Program-made: the position numbers and the translations under genes
Source of the DNA: Comamonadaceae bacterium
Lineage (GTDB): Bacteria > Pseudomonadota > Gammaproteobacteria > Burkholderiales > Burkholderiaceae_C
Direction: 5' to 3'
Assembly (NCBI GenBank): GCA_027486495.1
Contig: JAIXOZ010000042.1
Coordinates: forward strand, 10,226 to 74,225
Length of the DNA stretch: 64,000 nucleotides
In this document: positions 55,817-64,000 of the stretch, one piece after another
How the letters are laid out: the number at the start of each line of letters is the position of its first letter
How positions within the stretch are numbered: the stretch's first letter is position 1
Notes under the pieces: generated by a model
Told to the model about the DNA's origin: nothing
The model's database searches: none
What the model saw: the letters and a program-made list of their open reading frames with translations, nothing else

Positions 55817-58003
55817 ATGAGCGCACAACCCACTCCCCACCAGATTCAGTTCCTGCGCATGACCCATCTGCGCGGCCCCAACATCTGGACTTACCGCCCC
55901 GTCATCGAAGCCCTGATCGACATCGGTGATCTGGAAGACTGCCCCTCCAACACCCTCCCCGGTTTTGCCCAGCGCTTGGCAGACTGGCTGCCCGGCCTGG
56001 TGGAGCACCGCTGCAGTGTGGGCGAGCGTGGCGGCTTTTTGAAGCGTTTGGAAGAAGGCACCTGGCCTGGTCACATTTTGGAGCATGTGGCGCTGGAGCT
56101 GCAAACCCGCGCCGGCATGCAAACGGGTTTTGGCAAAGCCCGCGAAGCGGGTCCTCGGGGTGTCTACAAAGTCGTCATCCGCACCCGCCACGAAGCGGTG
56201 AGCCGTCAGGCCCTGCTCAGTGCTCGCGATTTGGTTTTGGCCGCCATCGACGACCAGCCCTTTGACGTGGCCAGCCACATCGCTCAATTGACCCAAATGG
56301 TGGACAGCCTGTGCATCGGGCCCAGCACGGCCAGCATCATCGATGCAGCCGCTGATCGGGGCATCCCCAACATTCGCCTCAACGATGGCAACCTGGTGCA
56401 GCTCGGCTATGGCCAGCGCCAGCGCCGCATCTGGACAGCCGAGACCGACCGCACGAGCGCGATTGCCGAAGGCATTTCCAAAGACAAGGACCTGACCAAG
56501 CAACTGCTGAGCATGTGCGGCGTTCCCGTGCCCGAAGGCCAGATCGTTGACAGCCCACAAGCGGCTTGGGAAGCTGCTCAGGACATTGGCCTGCCGGTCT
56601 GCGTCAAGCCCACCGATGGCAACCATGCCCGCGGCGTGTCGCTGGAGCTGTCGCTTCAGGAAGACATCGAAGCCGCCTATGGGATCGCTTTGGCCGAAGG
56701 CAGCGAAGTCATCGTCGAGCGCTTCATCTTGGGTGAAGAACACCGCCTGTTGGTGGTGGGTGACCAGGTGGTGGCCGCCAACAAAGGCGAGACCGCCAGC
56801 ATAGTGGGTGATGGCGTGCACACGGTGCAAGAGCTGATCGAGCTGCAAATCAACTCCGACCCCCGTCGCGGCGAGGAAGAAGACTTCCCGCTGGACACCA
56901 TCCGCCTGGACGAGCACACGACCTCGGTGCTGGAGCTCAAGCGCCAAGGGCTGAGCGCAGACAGCGTGCCCGAGGCGGGCCGTGGCGTGCTGATCATGCG
57001 AACCGGCAATATGTCGATGGACGTGACCGACCTGGTGCACCCTGACGTGGCGGCACAAGCGGTGTTGGCCGCGCGCGTGGTGGGTCTGGACATCGCCGGG
57101 GTCGACCTGGTGGCGCAAGACGTTGCCAAGCCTTTGGGGCCACAAGGCGGTGCGGTGGTCGAGGTCAATGCAGGCCCAGGGTTGCTGATGCACCTCAAAC
57201 CCGCCTCTGGCCAGCCCCGCCCGGTGGGCCAAGCGATTGCCAACCACCTGTTCAAGCCCGAAGACAACGGACGCATTCCGGTGGTGGGCCTGATGGGTGA
57301 TGGCGACACGACCCGGGCTGCGCAATTGCTGGCCTGGCTGCTCCACCTCAAGGGCCTGCACACCGGGCTGTCGTGTGCCAACGGCTTGTACTTGAACCAA
57401 CGCCAGCTGCCCGCTCAGGACGGCATGGATTGGGCGCAGGCGCAGCGTTTGCTGATCAACCGGGGGGTGCAAGCGGCCGTATTCGAAAGCGATGCCCGCC
57501 ATCTGCTGGCCCAAGGTCTCCCGTATGACCGCTGCCAGATCGGCATCGTCACCCGCATGCCCCGCGCCACAGGCCTGGACGACCTCTTCCCCGGTGGTGA
57601 TGAAAAAATGCCGGGCTACATTCGCACCCAAATCGATGTGGTGCTGCCCGAGGGCACGGCCGTGCTGAACGCGGCCGACCCCGAAGTGGCCGATCTAGCG
57701 GATTACTGCGATGGGAGTGTGATGTTTTATGCCGACGATGAGCACAACACCCGCTTGCAAGCGCACCGCAATGCAGGTCACCGCGTCGGTTTTTGGCGCG
57801 AAGGTCAACTGGTTCTGGCCCAAGGAACCAAAGAGCATTTGGTGTTGTCGAGCCAGCGACCGGCTGTGGCCCGACTTTTGAAAAGCGGCAGCCTCAACAC
57901 CAGCGACATGCTGGTGGCGGCCTGCGCGGCCTGGGCCCTGGACATAGGCACTGACCTGATCCGAGCGGGCATCAAAAGTTACGGCAGCCTGCCCACAGCC
58001 TGA
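55817..58003 (+). CDS. Cyanophycin synthetase paralog (cphA-prime type) with degenerate, shortened Mur-ligase-like domain
   Basis: The N domain and ATP-grasp are collinear with the downstream CphA (LRGPNIWTYRP, KPTDGNHARGVS, EVNAGPGLLMH). The P-loop position reads GLMGDGDTT (57287-57313). 728 aa. Confidence 0.85.
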   Translation: MSAQPTPHQIQFLRMTHLRGPNIWTYRPVIEALIDIGDLEDCPSNTLPGFAQRLADWLPGLVEHRCSVGERGGFLKRLEEGTWPGHILEHVALELQTRAGMQTGFGKAREAGPRGVYKVVIRTRHEAVSRQALLSARDLVLAAIDDQPFDVASHIAQLTQMVDSLCIGPSTASIIDAAADRGIPNIRLNDGNLVQLGYGQRQRRIWTAETDRTSAIAEGISKDKDLTKQLLSMCGVPVPEGQIVDSPQAAWEAAQDIGLPVCVKPTDGNHARGVSLELSLQEDIEAAYGIALAEGSEVIVERFILGEEHRLLVVGDQVVAANKGETASIVGDGVHTVQELIELQINSDPRRGEEEDFPLDTIRLDEHTTSVLELKRQGLSADSVPEAGRGVLIMRTGNMSMDVTDLVHPDVAAQAVLAARVVGLDIAGVDLVAQDVAKPLGPQGGAVVEVNAGPGLLMHLKPASGQPRPVGQAIANHLFKPEDNGRIPVVGLMGDGDTTRAAQLLAWLLHLKGLHTGLSCANGLYLNQRQLPAQDGMDWAQAQRLLINRGVQAAVFESDARHLLAQGLPYDRCQIGIVTRMPRATGLDDLFPGGDEKMPGYIRTQIDVVLPEGTAVLNAADPEVADLADYCDGSVMFYADDEHNTRLQAHRNAGHRVGFWREGQLVLAQGTKEHLVLSSQRPAVARLLKSGSLNTSDMLVAACAAWALDIGTDLIRAGIKSYGSLPTA

Positions 58004-58048
58004 AGCAGGCCCACATCGCCACCCCACTCCTTCCTGGAAACCCACTTC

Positions 58049-60625
58049 ATGCAAGTTTCTCGCATTCGCGCTTTGCGTGGCCCCAATCTGTGGAGCCGCC
58101 ACACCGCCATCGAAGCCATCGTCAGCTGCAATGCCGAAGACAGCGGCCTTTCAGCGCAGCACCCGGTCGAGCAGCAACTGCGGCGCATCTTTCCCGCAGT
58201 AGGCCCGTTTGATGGGCAGCGCCCGGGCGAGGCCGTCACGCTGGCCCATGCGCTGGAAAAAGTCACCCTGAGCCTGCAAGCGCTCGCTGGCTGCCCGGTG
58301 TCTTTCAGCCGCACCATGCCCACCGAAGATCCGGGCGTTTTTCAGGTGGTGGTTCAATACACCGAAGAAGTGGTGGGGCGTTTGGCACTGAGCCTGGCCG
58401 AGCAGCTGTGCCAAGCCGCCGCGGCCGGGACCGGCTTCGACTTGGAAGCGGCCATTGCGAAACTGCACGAACTCGACGAAGACGTTCGCTTGGGGCCTTC
58501 GACCGGGTCCATTGTGGACGCCGCCATGGCACGCGGCATCCCCATCCGTCGCTTGACCGATGGCAGCCTGGTTCAGTTTGGTTGGGGCGCACAGCAGCGA
58601 CGCATTCAGGCCGCCGAAACCGACACCACCAGTGCCATTGCCGAATCAATTGCACAAGACAAGGACCTGACCAAAAGCTTGCTGCATGCAGCAGGGGTGC
58701 CTGTGCCCATGGGCCGCCCGGCCAAGAGCTTGGATGAGGCCTGGGCCATCGCTCAGGACATCGGCCTGCCCGTCGTGGTCAAGCCCCAAGACGGCAACCA
58801 AGGAAAAGGGGTCTCGGTCAACATCACCGCGCGAGAGGCTTTTGACAAAGCCTACGTCACAGCCGAGCGTTACGGCACCGTACTGGTCGAAAAGTTCTTG
58901 CCCGGACACGACTACCGCCTGCTGGTGGTGGGCGACAAACTGGTGGCAGCCGCAAGGCGCGAGCCCCCGCTCGTGGTTGGCGACGGCAAACACACCGTGC
59001 GCCAATTGGTTGACCAGGTCAATGCCGATCCGCGCCGAGGTGAAGGCCACGCCACCTCGCTGACCAAAATCCGTTTTGACGACATCGCCATCGGCCGCCT
59101 GCATGCGCAAGACTTGGAGCCCGAGTCGGTGCCAGCCAAGGGCCGCCGTGTGATTTTGCGCAACAACGCCAACTTGTCTACCGGCGGCACCGCCACCGAC
59201 GTGACCGACGAGGTACACGCCGAGGTGAAGGCCCGGGTGATCGCGGCAGCGCAAATGGTCGGTGTGGACATCTGCGGCGTAGACGTCGTCTGTGAATCGC
59301 TCTCGCGCCCACTTGAAGAACAAAACGGGGGCATTGTCGAACTCAACGCAGCACCGGGCCTGCGCATGCACATCAGCCCCTCTTTTGGCAAAGGCCGGGA
59401 CGTGGGCAACGCGGTGATTGACCACATGTTCCCCCAAGGTGGCACCGGCCGCATTCCGGTGATTGCCGTGACCGGCACCAACGGTAAAACAACCACTGTG
59501 CGTTTGATCGCTCACTTGATCAAAGCTCAGGGACTGCGCGTGGGCATGACCAACACCGATGGTGTCTACGTCAATGGCCGCCAGACCGATTCAGGCGACT
59601 GCAGCGGCCCGCGCAGCGCTCGCAACGTGCTGATGCACCCCGATGTGGACGCCGCCGTTTTCGAGACCGCCCGGGGCGGCCTGCTGCGTGAAGGCCTGGC
59701 CTTTGACCGCTGCCAAGTGGCCGTGGTCACCAACTTGGGCGCAGGCGACCACCTGGGTCTGAACTACATCACCACACTGGAAGACCTGACGGTACTCAAG
59801 CGGGTGATCGTGCTCAACGTGGACCCCATGGGCATGGCCGTGCTCAACGCCAACGACCCGGCTGTGGTGGCCATGGCCCGGCACAGTCCGGGCGATGTGA
59901 CCTTTTTTGCGCTCGACGCCAACCACCCCGTGCTGGCCACGCACCGCGCCCAAGGCAAACGCGTGGTCTATGTCGAAGACGGTGACATCGTGGCCCAAAA
60001 GGGCAAACAGGTGCTGCGCATTCCGCTTAGCCAAGTGCCACTGACACGCCAAGGTCAGATCGGTTTTCAGACCGAGAACGTGTTGGCTGCCGTGGGTGCG
60101 TCCTGGGCCGTCGATGTGCATTGGGATGCGATTGCGCAAGGTCTGGCCAGTTTCATCAGCGATATCCAGGGTGTGCCCGGACGCTTCAACGTGTTCGACT
60201 ACCGGGGAGCGACCCTGATCGCTGACTATGGGCACAACCCCGATGCGATTGCGGCTTTGGTGCAAGCTGTGGACAACATGCCTGCGAACAAGCGCGTGGT
60301 GGTCATCAGCGGTGCTGGCGACCGACGCGACCAAGATATCCGCGATCAGACCCAGATTCTGGGCAAAGCTTTTGACGAAGTGCTGCTGTACCAAGACGCT
60401 TGCCAGCGTGGGCGCGAAGACGGTGAGGTGATTGGCCTGCTGCGGGAAGGCTTGCAAGGCGCCTTGCGCACCACCCATGTGCAAGACATCCAAGGTGAGT
60501 TCAACGCCATCGACACCGCCCTGTCGCGTCTGTCACCGGGCGATCTGTGCCTGATTTTGATCGACCAGGTGGAAGAGGCTTTGGCGTACATCACTGAAAA
60601 AGTCAAAGCCAGCAAAGGGGGGTAA
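58049..60625 (+). CDS. cphA: Cyanophycin synthetase
   Basis: 858 aa. LRGPNLWSRH N domain, ATP-grasp KPQDGNQGKGVS, Mur-ligase P-loop VTGTNGKTT (59468-59494), and DYGHNPDA. Confidence 0.92.
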   Translation: MQVSRIRALRGPNLWSRHTAIEAIVSCNAEDSGLSAQHPVEQQLRRIFPAVGPFDGQRPGEAVTLAHALEKVTLSLQALAGCPVSFSRTMPTEDPGVFQVVVQYTEEVVGRLALSLAEQLCQAAAAGTGFDLEAAIAKLHELDEDVRLGPSTGSIVDAAMARGIPIRRLTDGSLVQFGWGAQQRRIQAAETDTTSAIAESIAQDKDLTKSLLHAAGVPVPMGRPAKSLDEAWAIAQDIGLPVVVKPQDGNQGKGVSVNITAREAFDKAYVTAERYGTVLVEKFLPGHDYRLLVVGDKLVAAARREPPLVVGDGKHTVRQLVDQVNADPRRGEGHATSLTKIRFDDIAIGRLHAQDLEPESVPAKGRRVILRNNANLSTGGTATDVTDEVHAEVKARVIAAAQMVGVDICGVDVVCESLSRPLEEQNGGIVELNAAPGLRMHISPSFGKGRDVGNAVIDHMFPQGGTGRIPVIAVTGTNGKTTTVRLIAHLIKAQGLRVGMTNTDGVYVNGRQTDSGDCSGPRSARNVLMHPDVDAAVFETARGGLLREGLAFDRCQVAVVTNLGAGDHLGLNYITTLEDLTVLKRVIVLNVDPMGMAVLNANDPAVVAMARHSPGDVTFFALDANHPVLATHRAQGKRVVYVEDGDIVAQKGKQVLRIPLSQVPLTRQGQIGFQTENVLAAVGASWAVDVHWDAIAQGLASFISDIQGVPGRFNVFDYRGATLIADYGHNPDAIAALVQAVDNMPANKRVVVISGAGDRRDQDIRDQTQILGKAFDEVLLYQDACQRGREDGEVIGLLREGLQGALRTTHVQDIQGEFNAIDTALSRLSPGDLCLILIDQVEEALAYITEKVKASKGG

Positions 60626-60642
60626 AAGCTCCCTGCCGGAGC

Positions 60643-61857
60643 TCAGACCATCGCGTTCATCAGCAAGGCCATTGCCACAGTAACCTGGAAGGCCCCCACC
60701 CAAAACCACCATCGCCACACGGTGGGTGATTGCCGCTCCACCAGCCGATGCAACCAGCCACCCAAGATGAGCGACAGCAGCAAGGCCAACAGCATGCCCA
60801 GCACATTGGCCCAAAGAGCATCAGGCCAGTGCGCCGTGATGGCCGCATTGACCGCCAGGCTCACGCCAAAATGGATCAGGAACACCGAATAAGACACATC
60901 AGACAGCCATTGCAAGGCGGACCGCCAGCGCGAACGCCCGAGCGCCTCGCCCCCAAACCAAGACTCCGGCACGGCCACCAACAAGGCCGCCACGCCCCAA
61001 GCCACCGCGATGCGTGCACGCGGCTCCAGCCACCAGGCCACGCCCCCCACCAACAGCAGCAAAACCCCCATCCTCCAGAACGAAGCATGCGCCGCCGAAC
61101 TGCCCAGTGCGGCACATCGGCGTGCATCCCAAGCGAGCAGGCCCAAACCATAAGAGCCCCAAAAATACACGCCCAGATCGTCCAGATCGACGTCCAGATT
61201 CCACCACCACAAAGACGCACAAACCAGCACCAGCCAAAGCCCCCAGCGACGGGTATCGCCCTGCTGCGCCGTGTTGGCACTTTGAACGCTTGGGTGCGCA
61301 GTCCGTGCTTTGGGCCAGGCCTTCAACACCACCAGGCAAGCCAAGGCCATCGCATACAACTGCAAATCGATCGCCACGTACCAAATGCCTGCCGACAAGG
61401 ACTCCAGGTCCAGCAGATGCTGCATGAGCGCGACGTGAGCCAGCGCCTGCCCCCAGTTGGGCGGCGCCGACATGCTGGCGTGCTCAAAGCCGGGCCGCAC
61501 CCATTCACTGACCAACACAGTGAAGCTCAGTGCAGCCAGCAAGGGAATGGCCAGGCGCAAATAGCGTTGCCAGGCCAACTTCAGGGCCTCGGACAGCGAT
61601 AGCGACTCGTACCGCGCCAAACTGCTTGCCGTGAGAAAACCCGCACACACCAAGAAGAACTGCACCGCCAATCGGCCATGGTCATAAAGCCAATTGACCA
61701 CCCGGGGCCAGGCAGCAGCGACCACATCCGACATGGGCCCGTAAAACGCCAGATGGTGCAACACGATCAACAAGCAGCCTGCCGCCTTGATCGCATCGAT
61801 CAAAAAAGAACGCCCCGAAGGGCGTTGTGCGCTGATGGTCAAGGGCAACTCAGGCAA
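60643..61857 (-). CDS. Acyltransferase family 3 membrane protein
   Basis: FLIDAIKAAGCLLIVLHHLAFY, about 10 TM helices, TTG start assumed. It lies 6 nt downstream of the preceding gene. Confidence 0.8.
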   Translation of the reverse strand: MPELPLTISAQRPSGRSFLIDAIKAAGCLLIVLHHLAFYGPMSDVVAAAWPRVVNWLYDHGRLAVQFFLVCAGFLTASSLARYESLSLSEALKLAWQRYLRLAIPLLAALSFTVLVSEWVRPGFEHASMSAPPNWGQALAHVALMQHLLDLESLSAGIWYVAIDLQLYAMALACLVVLKAWPKARTAHPSVQSANTAQQGDTRRWGLWLVLVCASLWWWNLDVDLDDLGVYFWGSYGLGLLAWDARRCAALGSSAAHASFWRMGVLLLLVGGVAWWLEPRARIAVAWGVAALLVAVPESWFGGEALGRSRWRSALQWLSDVSYSVFLIHFGVSLAVNAAITAHWPDALWANVLGMLLALLLSLILGGWLHRLVERQSPTVWRWWFWVGAFQVTVAMALLMNAMV

Positions 61858-61863
61858 AGGCCA

Positions 61864-62817
61864 TCACAGGGCCAGGCGGGCGCGGGCGGCTTGGTACTGG
61901 GCCTTGAACTGGGCCACCAAATCGGCCGTGCTTTGCACCGACTGGATCGCGCCAATGCCCTGGCCGCAGCCCCAGATGTCTTTCCAGGCTTTCTTGGCGT
62001 CGCCACCAAAGTTCATTTTGCTGGGGTCGGACTCGGGCAGGTTCTCGGGGTCCAGGCCCGCTGCACGGATCGACGGGGCCAAGTAGTTGCCGTGCACACC
62101 GGTGAACAGGTTGCTGTAGACAATGTCGTCCGAGTTGCTGTCCACAATGGCTTGTTTGTACTCCTCGGCCGCACGCGCTTCGAGTGTGGCGATGAAGGCG
62201 GAGCCGATGTAGGCGAAGTCTGCGCCCATGGCTTGGGCCGCCAAGATGGCGTCGCCCGTGGCGATCGAGCCCGACAAGGCGACTGGACCGTCGAACCACT
62301 GGCGGATTTCCTGGATCAAGGCAAACGGGCTCTTGACGCCCGCATGTCCACCGGCACCAGCGGCCACGGCGATCAGGCCGTCTGCGCCCTTCTCGATGGC
62401 TTTGTGCGCGTGTTTGTTGTTGATGATGTCGTGGAGCACCACGCCGCCGTAACTGTGTGCAGCGGCGTTGATCTCTTCGCGTGCACCCAGCGAGGTGATG
62501 ATGATCGGCACCTTGTACTTCACACACATGGCCATGTCGTGCTCGAGGCGGTCGTTGCTCTTGTGCACGATCTGGTTGATGGCAAAGGGAGCCGCAGGCT
62601 TGTCGGGATTGGCTGCGTTGTAGGCGGCCAGGGTTTCGGTGATTTCAATCAACCACTCTTCGAGTTGCGCAGCAGGGCGGGCATTCAGGGCGGGCATGGA
62701 GCCCACGATGCCGGCCTTGCACTGCTCGATGACCAGCTTGGGGTTGCTGATGATGAACAAGGGTGAAGCGATGGCGGGGAATGGCAGATTGGCCAAAACG
62801 GAAGGTAACTTGGACAT
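61864..62817 (-). CDS. NAD(P)H-dependent flavin oxidoreductase (nitronate monooxygenase family)
   Basis: PIIASPLFIIS-type N-terminus, GADGLIAVAAGAGGHAG, GADFAYIGSAF. Confidence 0.85.
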   Translation of the reverse strand: MSKLPSVLANLPFPAIASPLFIISNPKLVIEQCKAGIVGSMPALNARPAAQLEEWLIEITETLAAYNAANPDKPAAPFAINQIVHKSNDRLEHDMAMCVKYKVPIIITSLGAREEINAAAHSYGGVVLHDIINNKHAHKAIEKGADGLIAVAAGAGGHAGVKSPFALIQEIRQWFDGPVALSGSIATGDAILAAQAMGADFAYIGSAFIATLEARAAEEYKQAIVDSNSDDIVYSNLFTGVHGNYLAPSIRAAGLDPENLPESDPSKMNFGGDAKKAWKDIWGCGQGIGAIQSVQSTADLVAQFKAQYQAARARLAL

Positions 62818-62958
62818 GAGTTCTCCTGAAAATTATCGGTCTATTGTGAGGGGACAAACGGATCAGACGCTGTCGGCGCGGGGACAGGAAATGGATTTCA
62901 CCCACTTCGAGCCCTGGAAGGCTCACCACTCAGAATCGCCATCCCAAGGGTCCAGACG

Positions 62959-63067
62959 GTCATCCTGAGCAAAGTGCCGGGATTCAGGCTGTCATCCCGG
63001 GCGAAGACCCAGGACCCATGAGCCGTTTGATCTTCAGAAATGGATGCCGGATCGGGTCCGGCATGAC
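62959..63067. repeat. Composite REP/MITE-like element (three modules)
   Basis: GTCATCCTGAGC..., GTCATCCCGGGCGAAGACCCAGG (the reverse of the right arm type at 31861-31884), and GATGCCGGATCGGGTCCGGCATGAC. Confidence 0.65.
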
Positions 63068-63090
63068 AAGGAGTGACACTCACCCATCGA

Positions 63091-64000
63091 TCAGAACGCG
63101 TCCAGCGCCATCGCGGTCACGCTGCCTGCACCTTCGACGATGCTGTCGCGCATGCCGGGCGCTTTGCTCAGCATGTGGTCTGCGTAAAAGCGCGCGGTGA
63201 TGATTTTGGCGGCCATGAAAGCGGCGTCTTGGGCTTGCGCCTCGGGCGTGAGGGCCACCAGCAAGGCACGGCCCATTTGCCAGCCCGCCATCAGGTTGCC
63301 CGCCAGCATGAGGTAAGGCACGCTGCCTGCAAACACGTCGTTGGGGTGGGCCTTGGTGTTGCCCGCCACAAACTCGACCACGTCCACAAACGCTTCGCGG
63401 GCGGCTTTGAGGCGACGGGCCACGGCCTGTGCGTCGGCGTTGCCAGAGGCCGCCAATTCGCTCTCGGTCTGAGCCACTTGCGCGGCCAATGCTTTGGCGG
63501 TTTGGCCGCCGTCGCGGGCAGTCTTGCGGCCCACCAGGTCGTTGGCCTGAATGGCGGTGGTGCCTTCGTAGATGGTCAATATTTTGGCGTCGCGGTAATA
63601 CTGCGCCGCACCCGTTTCCTCGATGAAGCCCATGCCGCCGTGCACCTGCACGCCCAAGCTGGTGACTTCCAGGCTCATCTCGGTGCTGTAGCCCTTGACC
63701 AGGGGCACCATGAATTCATAGAACGCCGCATTCTGTTTGCGCACCTCGGCATCGGGGTGGTGGTGCGAGGCGTCATAAGCCGCAGCGGCCGTGGCGGCCA
63801 TGGCGCGGCAGCCTTCGGTGTAGGCGCGCATGGTCATGAGCATGCGGCGCACATCGGGGTGGTGAATGATGGGGCCAGCAGCGGGCAAGCTGCCGTCCAC
63901 CGGGCGGCTTTGCACGCGGTCGCGGGCGTACTGCACGGCACGCTGGTACGAACGCTCGGCAATCGCGATGCCTTGCACACCCACGGCGTAACGGGCTGCA
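63091..64000 (-). CDS. Acyl-CoA dehydrogenase (long form), C-terminal part; the gene continues beyond the window
   Basis: QGIAIAERSYQRAVQYARDRVQ, GGMGFIEETGAAQYYRDAKILTIYEGTTAIQANDL. The frame is open to nt 64000. Confidence 0.85.
   Translation of the reverse strand, partial: AARYAVGVQGIAIAERSYQRAVQYARDRVQSRPVDGSLPAAGPIIHHPDVRRMLMTMRAYTEGCRAMAATAAAAYDASHHHPDAEVRKQNAAFYEFMVPLVKGYSTEMSLEVTSLGVQVHGGMGFIEETGAAQYYRDAKILTIYEGTTAIQANDLVGRKTARDGGQTAKALAAQVAQTESELAASGNADAQAVARRLKAAREAFVDVVEFVAGNTKAHPNDVFAGSVPYLMLAGNLMAGWQMGRALLVALTPEAQAQDAAFMAAKIITARFYADHMLSKAPGMRDSIVEGAGSVTAMALDAF

Overview
This is a high-GC, densely coding chromosomal segment. Gene content and order suggest Betaproteobacteria, Burkholderiales/Comamonadaceae-like: Bug/TctC binding protein, cysI-DUF934-cysH-cysD-cysN, tandem cphA genes. 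That placement is an inference with no database check. Most of the window is housekeeping. It holds the bamC 3' end, roxA-like, slyD-like, a racemase/amidotransferase pair with a divergent Lrp regulator, dsbB, fpr, yggX and an MnmC-oxidase-like gene. It also holds a sulfate assimilation operon, fdxA plus a TrxR-type FNR, a TPP-riboswitch-controlled thiM-thiE-thiD-transporter operon, tRNA-Asn, chrA, a MATE exporter and grpE-dnaK-dnaJ with sigma-32-type promoters. Two accessory-looking blocks stand out. The first is a nine-gene plus-strand cluster (33.9-44.5 kb) that reads as a complete CoA-dependent beta-oxidative hydroxycinnamate (ferulate-type) pathway with a secreted feruloyl esterase, a Bug binding protein and a MarR regulator. 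The second is a cyanophycin locus (52.9-60.6 kb). It has two tandem synthetase paralogs, one with a degenerate, truncated Mur-ligase half. Divergently transcribed from them is an ABC exporter with an unusual N-terminal PH-like/zinc-ribbon extension, translationally coupled to a DUF1854 protein. This is the best candidate for poorly understood biology in the window. I also see a modular family of intergenic palindromic REP/MITE-like elements (at least six copies). There are two decayed genes: a TauE/SafE remnant in front of cysI and a PDR/VanB-type oxidoreductase remnant at 2.7-3.6 kb. No CRISPR array, integrase, transposase or recognisable defence system was found. All similarity statements are by-eye motif recognition, and no searches were run.
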